A stretch of DNA of 17,307 nucleotides, taken from assembly GCA_043815885.1 (NCBI GenBank), contig JBDRIL010000055.1, positions 1 to 17,307 of the forward strand. Direction: 5' to 3'. The stretch comes from an archaeon. Lineage in GTDB: Archaea > Iainarchaeota > Iainarchaeia > Iainarchaeales > 1-14-0-10-31-34. The translations under genes were made by a program, and so were the position numbers. Position 1 is the first letter of the stretch. Every line of letters starts with the position of its first letter. The notes below the pieces were generated by a model that ran no database searches, was not told where the DNA came from, and saw only the letters and a program-made list of their open reading frames with translations. This document shows positions 1 to 8,912 of the stretch, one piece after another.

Positions 1-1091
1 CATACCATATTAAAAGCTGGCTCAAGTCAGAAAATGTAAAAACAGTTATCAAGATAACTGAAATCACAAAGGCAATCACCACAGAACTTCTAAAATGAAA
101 TCTAATGAAATCAGATAAGTTAAAGTAAGACTTCGCGGTTAAATCCATTTTTTTATTGAGAACAAATGTAACTAGATAAAACGCTATCAGTGTGACAATG
201 GAAATAAGAAGAAAAGGAAAAAAAATCTTTAGCCCAAAAGGCAGTTCTATAATCTCTAAAAAAATTGTGGGAAGCCCTGATAGAAGGCTTTCTTTTAAGC
301 CCCATCGGATGTCATGTATTACGTAAACAAAGGAATTATTTAGGATTAATCCAACTATCCATACAAGCAGAGGAAATACGTAAAAGAGAGGCCGGCTTTT
401 TTCCCCTTTTTCTGTTACAAAAAAGTAAACTGACAAAACCCATATTAGAGGCAGAACGTACAAAAAAGTCAAAGTGTGTATTACTGACAGAGACAAAATA
501 AGTATTGAAGAAATAATAAGGTTTTTGGTTTTCCTTTTTGTAAAATAATCAATTAACTGAATCAAAAGAAGCAGAATAATCATTAATCCAAACTGCTGTG
601 GTCTTACTTCAATTATTGGCCATATAAGGTAAGAAGAGCTTAGGGCACATAGCGCTCCGCCAAAAGAGAGCCTGTTACTCGCCGTTATTCTTTTAAATAA
701 AAAGAAAATCATTAAAGGAATCATTGCACTGACAATTAACCCAACTAAGAAAACAAGTGCATCTAATCTAAGGTCAGTCAGGAGAGAGGCTATAAAAAAA
801 CAGTATTGTCCCAGGGCCAGATGCGTGCGTTAAAAAAGAAATGTCCTTCAATATCAGAAAATTTTGGTAATTTTGAAAAAGAAGTTGTTCGTCAGAAGAA
901 GTAAAAGCAAAGTTGTTTGAAAGGCTCAGCTTGGCGTACAATGGAAAAAAAATACCCAAAAGAACAAGGACGACTAAAAATAAATTCTTTTTGTTTTTTA
1001 TGTATTCTTCCTTGTTCCTGATCAGCAAATAAATGCTTGGCGAGATTATCCCCCAGATTATTAATAGAAATACAAAGCTAAAGATATCCAT
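1..1091 (-). pseudogene. Frameshifted multi-pass membrane protein, GT-C-like glycosyltransferase; 3' end runs off the window
   Basis: ORF 1091..774 (105 aa, TM helices, loop 'FTSSDEQ') stops at TGA 776-774. A second minus-strand frame is stop-free from 829 to 2 (276 codons, checked triplet by triplet) and reads ...LLTDLRLDALVFLVGLIVSAMIPLMIFFLFKRIT...WPIIEVRPQQFGLMII...SVIHTLTFLY..., a GT-C-like TM pattern. The frames join by removing one base of A7 (794-800) or adding 2 nt to the GA repeat (782-788). Confidence 0.8.
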
Positions 1092-1099
1092 TTATTTAA

Positions 1100-1169
1100 C
1101 ACCAGTTATATGATATAAAAAATTAAAGTAGAAAAACCTTTGGTTTTTTAATCCTAAATAAATATAAAA
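1100..1169. promoter_or_regulatory. Divergent archaeal-type promoter region with central inverted repeat
   Basis: Minus strand: TTTATA (1119-1114) and GGTG (1103-1100) upstream of ATG 1091. Plus strand: TATAAAA (1163-1169) about 32 nt upstream of ATG 1201. AAAAACC-TTT-GGTTTTT at 1132-1148 lies between them. Confidence 0.5.
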
Positions 1170-1200
1170 CGCTTAGGGGGAGAAATATCTGAGGATTTAA

Positions 1201-2427
1201 ATGATTATAATTGTAGCAAATACTTCGTTTCCCTCAAATAATGCTATGTCATTAAGGATAGGAAGAGAGGCAGAGATTTTATCGAAAAATGACGAAGTGA
1301 CTGTAGTCTGCAGAAGGGAAAAGCACCAAAACAGCAAAGAAAGCATTTCCCTTGAGGGAAAAGAAATTAATGTTGAAAGGTTTGATTTAAATTACGTTGA
1401 CCCTAAATCCCCGTATTATGTTCCTTTTTTCTCAGAGGCATTCAGAGCAATCAGAACCTTTTTTGCTCTGTTTTTTGTGATTGCTCCATTGCTGAGAAAA
1501 AATAATGATGCAAGAATTCACGCAGTTAATTCGCCAGAAACAATTCCATTGTCTTGTTATTTGACTACAATGATTTTTGGAGGCAAGGCATTTGTTGCAA
1601 GATTTGATGACTTAGGACCAGAGTTAAGCGGAGAGGCAAAAGGAATCAGTGAAAATAGTTTAATAATAAAAATAAACAAGTCAATTGAAGGGTTTATATG
1701 CAATAAATATGAAAGAATAATTTCTTATTCTGATGGGATAACAGAACAATTAATTAAAAGAAATAAAATAGGCAGAGACAAGATAACTACTCTAATGATG
1801 ACCCCAAGAAAAATAAAGAGAAGTACACAGTCTGCCTCAATAAAGAGTGTTAAAGACAAAAAGCCCTTTCTTTTAGCCTATACAGGCACTCTACAGAATT
1901 ATGGTTTTATCCTTAAAGGCTTTAATGACTTGTTTTTTTCATTGCAGAGGGTAAAGGAAAAAGGAAAAGAGTTTACTTTGATTATTGCTGGAGAAGGCAA
2001 TGCAAAAAAACATCTAATGAATTTAAGCAAGGAATTTGGTTTAGAAGAAAATGTTTTATTCAAGGGAGAATTAAATGAAAAAGAAATTGATTCTCTCCTC
2101 CTTGGCACTGATGCCACTGTAATTCCTCTTCCTTGCTCCAGCCATATGTTGCACACCTTTCCTACAAAAATCCTGAAATACCTTGCCTTTGGAAAAGTAA
2201 TCATTGCACCAAACTACGGAGAGTTTTCAAGACACTTTAACAATAAAGAAAATGCTGTGCTGTATAATGAAAGATCAAAGCTTGACCTCAGCAATAGACT
2301 TATTGAGGTAATGGAAGACAAGAATCTAAGAAAAAAAATTGAAAAAAATTCACTTAAACTTTTTGAAACAAAATTCAATCAAACAGAAATGGAAGAAAGA
2401 TTAAGAAAGATTTATTCCATTAATTAA
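1201..2427 (+). CDS. Glycosyltransferase family 4 (GT-B fold)
   Basis: 408 aa; 'RIGREAEIL', 'IHAVNSP', 'DDLGPE', 'LAYTGTL', 'LIIAGEG', 'FPTKILKYLAFGKVIIA' match GT4 (WbuB/Cap-like) architecture. Confidence 0.88.
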   Translation: MIIIVANTSFPSNNAMSLRIGREAEILSKNDEVTVVCRREKHQNSKESISLEGKEINVERFDLNYVDPKSPYYVPFFSEAFRAIRTFFALFFVIAPLLRKNNDARIHAVNSPETIPLSCYLTTMIFGGKAFVARFDDLGPELSGEAKGISENSLIIKINKSIEGFICNKYERIISYSDGITEQLIKRNKIGRDKITTLMMTPRKIKRSTQSASIKSVKDKKPFLLAYTGTLQNYGFILKGFNDLFFSLQRVKEKGKEFTLIIAGEGNAKKHLMNLSKEFGLEENVLFKGELNEKEIDSLLLGTDATVIPLPCSSHMLHTFPTKILKYLAFGKVIIAPNYGEFSRHFNNKENAVLYNERSKLDLSNRLIEVMEDKNLRKKIEKNSLKLFETKFNQTEMEERLRKIYSIN

Positions 2428-3617
2428 ATTTTTTCAGTCATTTTCTTTGATAACATAAAACAATTATTCAGAAGCTCTTTTTTTTGGATTTTTTTAATAG
2501 CTTTCGGTTCAAACCAAAACCAAAAATAGTAAAACAAAACCAATAGGAATGGATTAAATGAATTCAAAAGGAATGACTCAATTTTTTTGGGTAAAGGAGA
2601 AAAAAGCTTCCAATTCTCACGCATCCCTGAAACTATTTTTAATGGTTTAAGTGCTCCCTTAGAAAACTCTCTTCCAATCAATTCAAAGGAATCAGCCTTA
2701 TAGCAGTGAATTCCTTTTGCCTGCAGATACATTACTGGAAGAAGGGTAAAGTTATGGAAGAAGAGCTTCCAATCATAGGCATTCTTTATCTTTCTTCTAT
2801 TTTCAATGATTTCCTGAAAGTATTCTTTAGTTATAAATAAGGAATTCTTTATTTCAGTTTTCTCAGCTCTCTCAAGGAAAACCAAGGAGTTTGGTTTATC
2901 AAAAAAAGAAACAGAATGCTCAAATAACACAAAAGGAAAAAACACCTGTGGAAAAAAATCCATTTCCTCTTCCACAATTATGTGCGGTCCATGGTGCTGT
3001 AATGGGTCAAAGACATGCCCAAAACAGCGCAGTTTAATCATTTTTTCCCTTAAACGTAAAAGTTTTTCCTCATCTTTGACTGTCCCTTTTTTTATCAGTA
3101 CCATTGAATCAAAATCACTCCATCCTTTCCTGAAAGAAAAATCAGCAAAACTTCCGTGAATAAAAAAACCACTGCAGAATTCTTGTAGGTTTTCATTCAC
3201 AAATTTTTTTAACCAGAAAAAAGGGGATAAAAAAGAATCCTTTTCTGCGGTCACAGCCCATTTATTGAAGGATTCGGTTTTATTTAACGATAATTTAATC
3301 CTTTTTGTTTTAATTTTTTTTAGTTCCGGAAAGGAATAAAATTGGCCAAAAATTGTTGAAATGATTTTTGCGTATTCCTTTGACGGAATTTTTTTGTAGG
3401 AATTCTTTTCCAATAATGAAATGCTTTGCTCGAAAAAAATTGGGTCTATCTCTGAAAGCAACTGCTTAAGTGAGACCAAATCATTCATGCTTACGTCGTA
3501 GAATGGGTAAAAAACCTTGGTTAAATAATTTGAATTGTCTGCGCTTAAAAAAAGGTAAAGTGATTCATGCAGTTTGCACTGCAATAAAAGAACTTTTTCC
3601 AAATGTCTTGGATTCAT
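2424..3617 (-). CDS. Uncharacterised Pol-beta-superfamily nucleotidyltransferase-domain protein
   Basis: 397 aa; 'GFFIHGSFADFSFRKGWSDFDSMVLI' is the hGS-x(n)-DxD signature (3158-3108). Its start overlaps the flippase stop (ATGA, 3617-3614). Confidence 0.7.
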   Translation of the reverse strand: MNPRHLEKVLLLQCKLHESLYLFLSADNSNYLTKVFYPFYDVSMNDLVSLKQLLSEIDPIFFEQSISLLEKNSYKKIPSKEYAKIISTIFGQFYSFPELKKIKTKRIKLSLNKTESFNKWAVTAEKDSFLSPFFWLKKFVNENLQEFCSGFFIHGSFADFSFRKGWSDFDSMVLIKKGTVKDEEKLLRLREKMIKLRCFGHVFDPLQHHGPHIIVEEEMDFFPQVFFPFVLFEHSVSFFDKPNSLVFLERAEKTEIKNSLFITKEYFQEIIENRRKIKNAYDWKLFFHNFTLLPVMYLQAKGIHCYKADSFELIGREFSKGALKPLKIVSGMRENWKLFSPLPKKIESFLLNSFNPFLLVLFYYFWFWFEPKAIKKIQKKELLNNCFMLSKKMTEKI

Positions 3618-5035
3618 TTTTGGACCCTGATTAAGTTTAAGTCTTTAGCGGAGACTACATTGAGAAAAAGGAGTAATACAAAATAAATAATCAAAGAAAT
3701 AACTAAAAGAATTAATACATTCAAGAAACGGAATGTCAGAATAAACAAAATGCTTGCGCCTATTGCAATTAATGGTTTTACAAATTTTTTCCTCAAACCA
3801 CTCTTCTGGAACCTTGTTGCAAACCAGAAATACAAGCCGAAGAGCAGTAGTTCAGTTAAAAGTATTGAGACTGCAGCCCCAAAAAAATCAAAAAAGTAAA
3901 TCAAGACAATGCTTGAAATCAAGCAAAAAAATGCTGCTATTCCCTGCGCAGTCATTCTTTTTCTTTGCTCGTTGATTGAAGACAAAAAAGTTCCTGCAAT
4001 AATTGAAGTATATTTCAAAAGCAGGACAAATGAAAGCGTCTGCAATACAATTTTTGCTTCAAAAAATTCTTGTCCATAAAGAAACACTATTATTTCCTCG
4101 CTCAACAAAAAAGTAAATACAGCAAAAGGCAAGCTCAAGAGATACATAAACATAATAGATTTTTGATAGATTTTTGCAAGCGTTTTTTTGGATTTCTTGA
4201 AAGAGTTTGAAAGAGCAGGAAAGATTGCCGAAGCAAACATCAGAGGAATAAAGTATAATCCAAAGATAAGATTGAATGCAGCACTAAAAAGGCCGACGCT
4301 TGCATCCCCCTTAATAAAGGAAAGAAAAACAGTCGGCAGATAGAAGTAAATTAAACTAAAGATGCTGGCCAAGCCAAAGGGCCATGTTTCATGCAGTATT
4401 TTCCTCCAAAAACTAAAATCTATTCTGATATGAAATTTTGCAAATTTTTTCCTCACCAAAAAGGAGGTTAGTAAAAAAGCAAGCAGAGAAGAGAAAACAA
4501 AAGCCAAAAACACAAAAAATAATTTATTAGCATAGAGAGGGGAAAACAAGACGTATAAGGTAATGCCAAAAAGAAGGAATGATTGAAGTAGTCGTGTAAT
4601 TGCAATGTATTCCATTTGCTCAAATGCCTGAAAAATGCCCCTAAAAAAACCTGAAAAAGAATTAAAGACAATGTACAATGAAGCCATTAAAACCAAAAGC
4701 AAAACAGCCTCAGATTTCTGCAAAAGCAATATCATTAAAAAAATCAAGGCAAAAATAATAACTGAAAAAATGGTTTTAATAACCAAAATATTGTCAATGT
4801 ATCTTTTAGCTAAATTCTTGTTTCTGGCGACCTCCCTCACAACAAGTTCTGAAAGACCAAAATCTGTTCCAATAACAAACAGTGTTGCAAAAGATAAGGC
4901 GAACATAAAGAAACCAAAGTCATGAAGCCCCAAAAAGCGGGCTAAATATATCAATAAAACAAAATTCAAGAAAATGGCGATAATTTCTGCAAAAATAAGA
5001 AAAAAGGTATTTTTAGCAATGGTTCTTGCAATCAT
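3614..5035 (-). CDS. Wzx/RfbX-like oligosaccharide flippase (MOP/MATE superfamily)
   Basis: 473 aa, many TM helices; 'IAKNTFFL', 'ARFLGLHDFG', 'DFGLSELVVREVAR', 'FQAFEQM', 'VGLFSAA', 'FPALS', 'LYGQEF'. Confidence 0.92.
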   Translation of the reverse strand: MIARTIAKNTFFLIFAEIIAIFLNFVLLIYLARFLGLHDFGFFMFALSFATLFVIGTDFGLSELVVREVARNKNLAKRYIDNILVIKTIFSVIIFALIFLMILLLQKSEAVLLLVLMASLYIVFNSFSGFFRGIFQAFEQMEYIAITRLLQSFLLFGITLYVLFSPLYANKLFFVFLAFVFSSLLAFLLTSFLVRKKFAKFHIRIDFSFWRKILHETWPFGLASIFSLIYFYLPTVFLSFIKGDASVGLFSAAFNLIFGLYFIPLMFASAIFPALSNSFKKSKKTLAKIYQKSIMFMYLLSLPFAVFTFLLSEEIIVFLYGQEFFEAKIVLQTLSFVLLLKYTSIIAGTFLSSINEQRKRMTAQGIAAFFCLISSIVLIYFFDFFGAAVSILLTELLLFGLYFWFATRFQKSGLRKKFVKPLIAIGASILFILTFRFLNVLILLVISLIIYFVLLLFLNVVSAKDLNLIRVQK

Positions 5036-5042
5036 TTATGTC

Positions 5043-5092
5043 TCTCCAATAAGCCTTATTTAAATAATTCCTTTTCGCAACACTTTTTTATT
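5043..5092. promoter_or_regulatory. Divergent promoter region (flippase / deacetylase)
   Basis: Perfect palindrome TTATTTAAATAA (5056-5067) gives a minus-strand TTTAAATA box about 25 nt before ATG 5035, with GGAGA at 5047-5043. A T-rich TTTTTATT near 5085-5092 precedes ATG 5114. Confidence 0.4.
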
Positions 5093-5113
5093 GCTTCTGT
5101 AATTAAATCGATA

Positions 5114-5899
5114 ATGATGAGAGTTATTTCTTTTACAGCATCGGTGCTTTCCAAAGGATTTAGCCTACTCAATCAGTTCCATCCAATAAATGCAAATTAT
5201 AGGAAGGAATTCTCAGAACCATTGTTCTTTTTTACCTGTGATGACATTGGAAAACACGATTCAATAGAGGATATTACAGAACTTGCAAAAATCCTTGATT
5301 CTAATAAAGTAAAAGCAACATTCTTTGTTGTCCCCAAAGGGATTAACAGCACTTATGCAAAAAAACTTTCATCACTTCTAAGGAATCATGAAATAGCACA
5401 GCACGGTATCACGCATCAGAAAAAAGAGTTAACAAAGGAGCCAATTGCAGTCATAACAGAAAAACTAAAGAATGAAAGAATGTTATTGGAAAGTAAATTC
5501 AACAGAAAAATAATTGGCTATAGAAGCCCTTACTTTGTTTGGAAAAGAGGAATGGAGAAAGCATTAAAGGAAGCAGGTTTTGAATACAATTCAGAATCAT
5601 ATTTTTTCAATCCCTGGTCCTGGAAGACAAGAGAAGGTCTTTGGTGCATTCCGGTTGAATCAATCGGAGATATAATAACGCATTTTGAGTTCAACGAAAA
5701 AAAAACAATAGACTTCATGGAGCATAAGTTAGAGCATATAAAAAAACAAAAAAAACTATTTGTTTTCTTGTTTCACATACAATCAATGAAAAAAGGAAAA
5801 ACTACTCTGAAAAAAATACTTTCAATAGCAAAAAAGCACGGAATAAAAACTGAATATTCTCTTGGAGACTTTGTTGCCAAATTAAATAAAAAAGTCTAA
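5114..5899 (+). CDS. Polysaccharide deacetylase (CE4 / NodB-like)
   Basis: 261 aa; 'FTCDD', 'KATFFVVP', 'HEIAQHGITH', 'GYRSPY', 'VFLFH' are the NodB motifs. Confidence 0.88.
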   Translation: MMRVISFTASVLSKGFSLLNQFHPINANYRKEFSEPLFFFTCDDIGKHDSIEDITELAKILDSNKVKATFFVVPKGINSTYAKKLSSLLRNHEIAQHGITHQKKELTKEPIAVITEKLKNERMLLESKFNRKIIGYRSPYFVWKRGMEKALKEAGFEYNSESYFFNPWSWKTREGLWCIPVESIGDIITHFEFNEKKTIDFMEHKLEHIKKQKKLFVFLFHIQSMKKGKTTLKKILSIAKKHGIKTEYSLGDFVAKLNKKV

Positions 5900-7032
5900 A
5901 CTAACTTATTGTAAACTTCTTCTGTTTTTAATGCAATTCTTTCCCAATCATACCTCTCTAAAACTTTTTTTCTTCCGTTTTCTCCTAATTTCTTCCTTAA
6001 TTTATTATCTTCTATTAATTTTTCCATTTTCTCTGTTAAATCCATTTCGTTTTTTGCTTCCGCCAAAAAACCATTTTTCCCATTTTCAACCACACTTCTT
6101 ATTCCAGGCAGGTTACTTGCAATAACTGCTTTCCCGCAAGACATTGCTTCAACGAGCACTAACCCAAATGCCTCTCCCCTGTCGGTTGAAGGCAGAACAA
6201 GAAAATCACATAAATTGTAGTAGTAAGGAAGCTCTTCATTTGAAACTCTTCCAGCAAAAAAAACATTTTTCTTTATCCCCAATTCGCCTGCTCTTTTCAT
6301 ATAGTAATCCTTTAAATTTCCTTCTCCAACCAAAATCAACTTAATATTTTTCTCCTTTATCCCTGAAAACCCTTTCAATAATACTTCAACTCCCTTAAAG
6401 TAATGCGCTTTATCCAATGCCCCAACAAACAGAATAATTCTTTCATTTTCAATTCCTAATTTTTTCTTTAAATTATCCATATTTAAATTAGGTTTGAACT
6501 TATTCGAATCAACCCCATTCGGCACTTCCACCAAATCCTTCTTCCTTTTTTCGAATAATTCCCTGAAATTGGAATTCATTGCGTAATCCATTGAACTCAC
6601 AATTATTTTTTCGGCATTATTCAGAATTGCCTTTAGAAAAAACTTTTCATGCAATTTAAAAAAATACTTAAGCCACCCTTCGCCAATCACATCCATTTGA
6701 TATGTTGCAACCAGAGGAATTTTTCTTGTTCTTGAAACAAGTGATGCAAGTTCTCCTCCAAAATGATAAGGCAAATGCAGGTGGATTAAATCAAAATCAT
6801 TTATCTTTAGGATTCCAGGGCTCAAAGTAGCATTCCCAAAATTAAATATGTAATTCAGTCTGTTCACTTTGATTTCTTTTGGATAAATGAATGAAACATT
6901 CCTAGGGAAATTAGAAGTGAATACCTCTACTTCATACCCTCTCCTGGCCAATTCAATTGAATTATTGTAGGCAACATTCCCCACGCCCCCAAAGTATGGA
7001 GGAAAGGGCGAAACCACTTGTGCAATCTTCAT
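5896..7032 (-). CDS. Glycosyltransferase family 4
   Basis: 378 aa; 'PPYFGGV', 'VPNGVD', 'ILFVGAL', 'KGVEVLL', intact EX7E motif 'EAFGLVLVEAMSCGKAVIAS'. Confidence 0.95.
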   Translation of the reverse strand: MKIAQVVSPFPPYFGGVGNVAYNNSIELARRGYEVEVFTSNFPRNVSFIYPKEIKVNRLNYIFNFGNATLSPGILKINDFDLIHLHLPYHFGGELASLVSRTRKIPLVATYQMDVIGEGWLKYFFKLHEKFFLKAILNNAEKIIVSSMDYAMNSNFRELFEKRKKDLVEVPNGVDSNKFKPNLNMDNLKKKLGIENERIILFVGALDKAHYFKGVEVLLKGFSGIKEKNIKLILVGEGNLKDYYMKRAGELGIKKNVFFAGRVSNEELPYYYNLCDFLVLPSTDRGEAFGLVLVEAMSCGKAVIASNLPGIRSVVENGKNGFLAEAKNEMDLTEKMEKLIEDNKLRKKLGENGRKKVLERYDWERIALKTEEVYNKLV

Positions 7033-7035
7033 TTC

Positions 7036-7962
7036 TTATTCCTTCCTTAAAACAATATTTACATGCCATCCAATCCTTTTAACCAAAGGAATTTTTAGCA
7101 GCAGAGCATCAAATGAAAGCAATGCCTTCTCAATTGCCTTAGGCAGATTGATTTTCAATAACAACAAAAAGCCCGATAAAAACAAGACATAATTATACTT
7201 AACTACTTTTAATCCATTTCTCTCAAATAATTTCCTCAATTCCTTTTCCTTAAATCCTTCAGTGGTTTCATCTCCAATGGATACCTCTTCCACGTTATAA
7301 TCCTTTCTGAAGAAGGAAACAATCTTCCTCCCAACCCTTGAATGCTTTACTTTTTTGAAATAGTACGGCCAGGAATTTGGTTCAGAACCAATAATCATTG
7401 TGCCTCCCTTTTTCAGCACTCTACTCATTTCCCTGATTCCTTTTTCATTATTCTTCAAATGATGCAGTGTAGCAACCATTACAACTGAATCAAATAATTC
7501 ATTCTCAAAAGGAATCCTTTCCGCGTCCCCAACAAAAACCTTCACATCATTAAACTTTTTTTCCTTTAATTTTTTTCCTGTCTCTTCCACCATTTTTCTT
7601 GAAATATCAAATCCTACTGCCCTAAACCCTTTTTCCCTGATTTCAACTAAATCCTTTCCCGTCCCGCATCCTGCCTCTAAAACAAGTGCTTTTTTTGGAA
7701 GTGAAGAAAGGTATTTCAAAAAATCTTCATGAATGAATTGAATTTTTTTTGATTCTAGGTTATGTGCTTCATCATACTTCTCACTGTGTTTGTCATGGAA
7801 TCTCATTTCCTTTTCCTTGAAATTCTCCAGTCTAGAGGGAATAAATATCGGTATTCCTGATTCAATTGCATACTTCTCCTTGCATTTACTGCACTTAAGA
7901 GAATTATTTCCTTCTCTCAGCTCTGAATAACATTCTGGGCAGGAAAAATTAATGTTTTTCAT
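7036..7962 (-). CDS. Class I SAM-dependent methyltransferase with N-terminal Trm112-like Zn-ribbon
   Basis: 308 aa; N-terminal 'CPEC...CSKC...GIP'; motif I 'VLEAGCGTG', 'GFDIS', 'GDAERIPF', 'LHH', 'RVLKKGG'. Confidence 0.92.
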   Translation of the reverse strand: MKNINFSCPECYSELREGNNSLKCSKCKEKYAIESGIPIFIPSRLENFKEKEMRFHDKHSEKYDEAHNLESKKIQFIHEDFLKYLSSLPKKALVLEAGCGTGKDLVEIREKGFRAVGFDISRKMVEETGKKLKEKKFNDVKVFVGDAERIPFENELFDSVVMVATLHHLKNNEKGIREMSRVLKKGGTMIIGSEPNSWPYYFKKVKHSRVGRKIVSFFRKDYNVEEVSIGDETTEGFKEKELRKLFERNGLKVVKYNYVLFLSGFLLLLKINLPKAIEKALLSFDALLLKIPLVKRIGWHVNIVLRKE

Positions 7963-8867
7963 TTTTCATTCTCCCAATAATGTTTTTGGTTACTCAACAT
8001 TCTCCTTAATCCTTTTGGAAGATACTTTCCCTTTCTTCCAGTGAATACCCCTAAAAATTTCACTAAACCGTAAGCAATAGAGTAAGGAATCCAAGAGTAA
8101 TATTTCTCGGCTAAAAGATATTTTAATGTATTCAGGTAAAACTTTGTTCCTGCAGCAACAAATCCTTTTGAATCATATGTGGAATAGATTTGTGAATACG
8201 AATACCCTATATCAAAGTGCCTCTTGAATAAATCAGTCAAACCATAATTGTGTGAATGCACTATTTCTGCCTTTGGCTCATAAACTATTTTATGCCCTTT
8301 ATTCATTATCCTGAAAGCCCATTCGTAGTCCTCTGAAACAATTACTTCTTCAGAAAACGGTTCTTTCTCAAACAACTCTTTTCTTACTGCGCAGTTCACT
8401 GAAGAGTAAACAATGTTTTCTTCCTTCCAATTAGAGGAATTCCATTCAATTTTATTGTCTCCATACTTCTTTAAGTAAAAATAATTCTCCATTGGAAAAG
8501 CTTTCTCCAACGGCAGCTGCCTTCCATAGACTCCAGCAGTGTTTTTATCCTTAAAATTTCTCAGCAAATTGTAAAGCCATAACTCATTTTTTGGAACAGC
8601 GTCCTGTGTAATGAATACAAGGTACTTTCCTTTTGCTTCTTTTGCAAGAGTATTCCTTGCCTTTCCATGCCCAAACTCTTTCCTGTTTATTTTTTTTATT
8701 ATTACAGGGAATTTTTTTGCTATTTTTAGGGTTTCATCGCTTGATTCTGAATCAATTATTTTGACCTCAAAATTCACTTTCTTTTGCTCGAAAATTCTCT
8801 CCAATACTTCTTCAAATTTTTCCCCTGCATTTAAGGTGGGAATAAGGATACTTGCTTCAATTGGCAT
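7959..8867 (-). CDS. Glycosyltransferase family 2, RfbN-like (probable rhamnosyltransferase type)
   Basis: 302 aa; 'LIPTLNAG', 'IIDSESSDET', 'FGHGKARN', 'VFITQDAVP', 'YGRQLP', 'SEDYEW', 'HSHNY'. Confidence 0.88.
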   Translation of the reverse strand: MPIEASILIPTLNAGEKFEEVLERIFEQKKVNFEVKIIDSESSDETLKIAKKFPVIIKKINRKEFGHGKARNTLAKEAKGKYLVFITQDAVPKNELWLYNLLRNFKDKNTAGVYGRQLPLEKAFPMENYFYLKKYGDNKIEWNSSNWKEENIVYSSVNCAVRKELFEKEPFSEEVIVSEDYEWAFRIMNKGHKIVYEPKAEIVHSHNYGLTDLFKRHFDIGYSYSQIYSTYDSKGFVAAGTKFYLNTLKYLLAEKYYSWIPYSIAYGLVKFLGVFTGRKGKYLPKGLRRMLSNQKHYWENEK

Positions 8868-8912
8868 AAGTAATGCATTAGGAAAAAGGTTTATTATTTA
8901 TTTTGATTTCCT

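Noticed and set aside
265..501. 78-aa plus-strand ORF
   Set aside because: Antisense to the long open minus-strand frame (829-2) of the GT-C-like gene; no recognisable motif.
774..776. TGA readthrough, selenocysteine or alternative genetic code
   Set aside because: The same frame hits TAG two codons later, and TGA is a normal stop elsewhere (ATGA overlaps at 3614, 7959, 17170). A frameshift explains the data.
2424..3617. CBASS CD-NTase, MNT-HEPN toxin-antitoxin or aminoglycoside-resistance call
   Set aside because: Only the generic GS/DxD motif is visible. There is no effector or HEPN neighbour, and the context is glycan export.
5697..5705. A9 tract in the deacetylase, and several A8/T8 tracts elsewhere
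   Set aside because: In frame and encoding Lys/Phe-rich segments. Such runs are common in this AT-rich window, which also weakens any claim that A9 alone is special.
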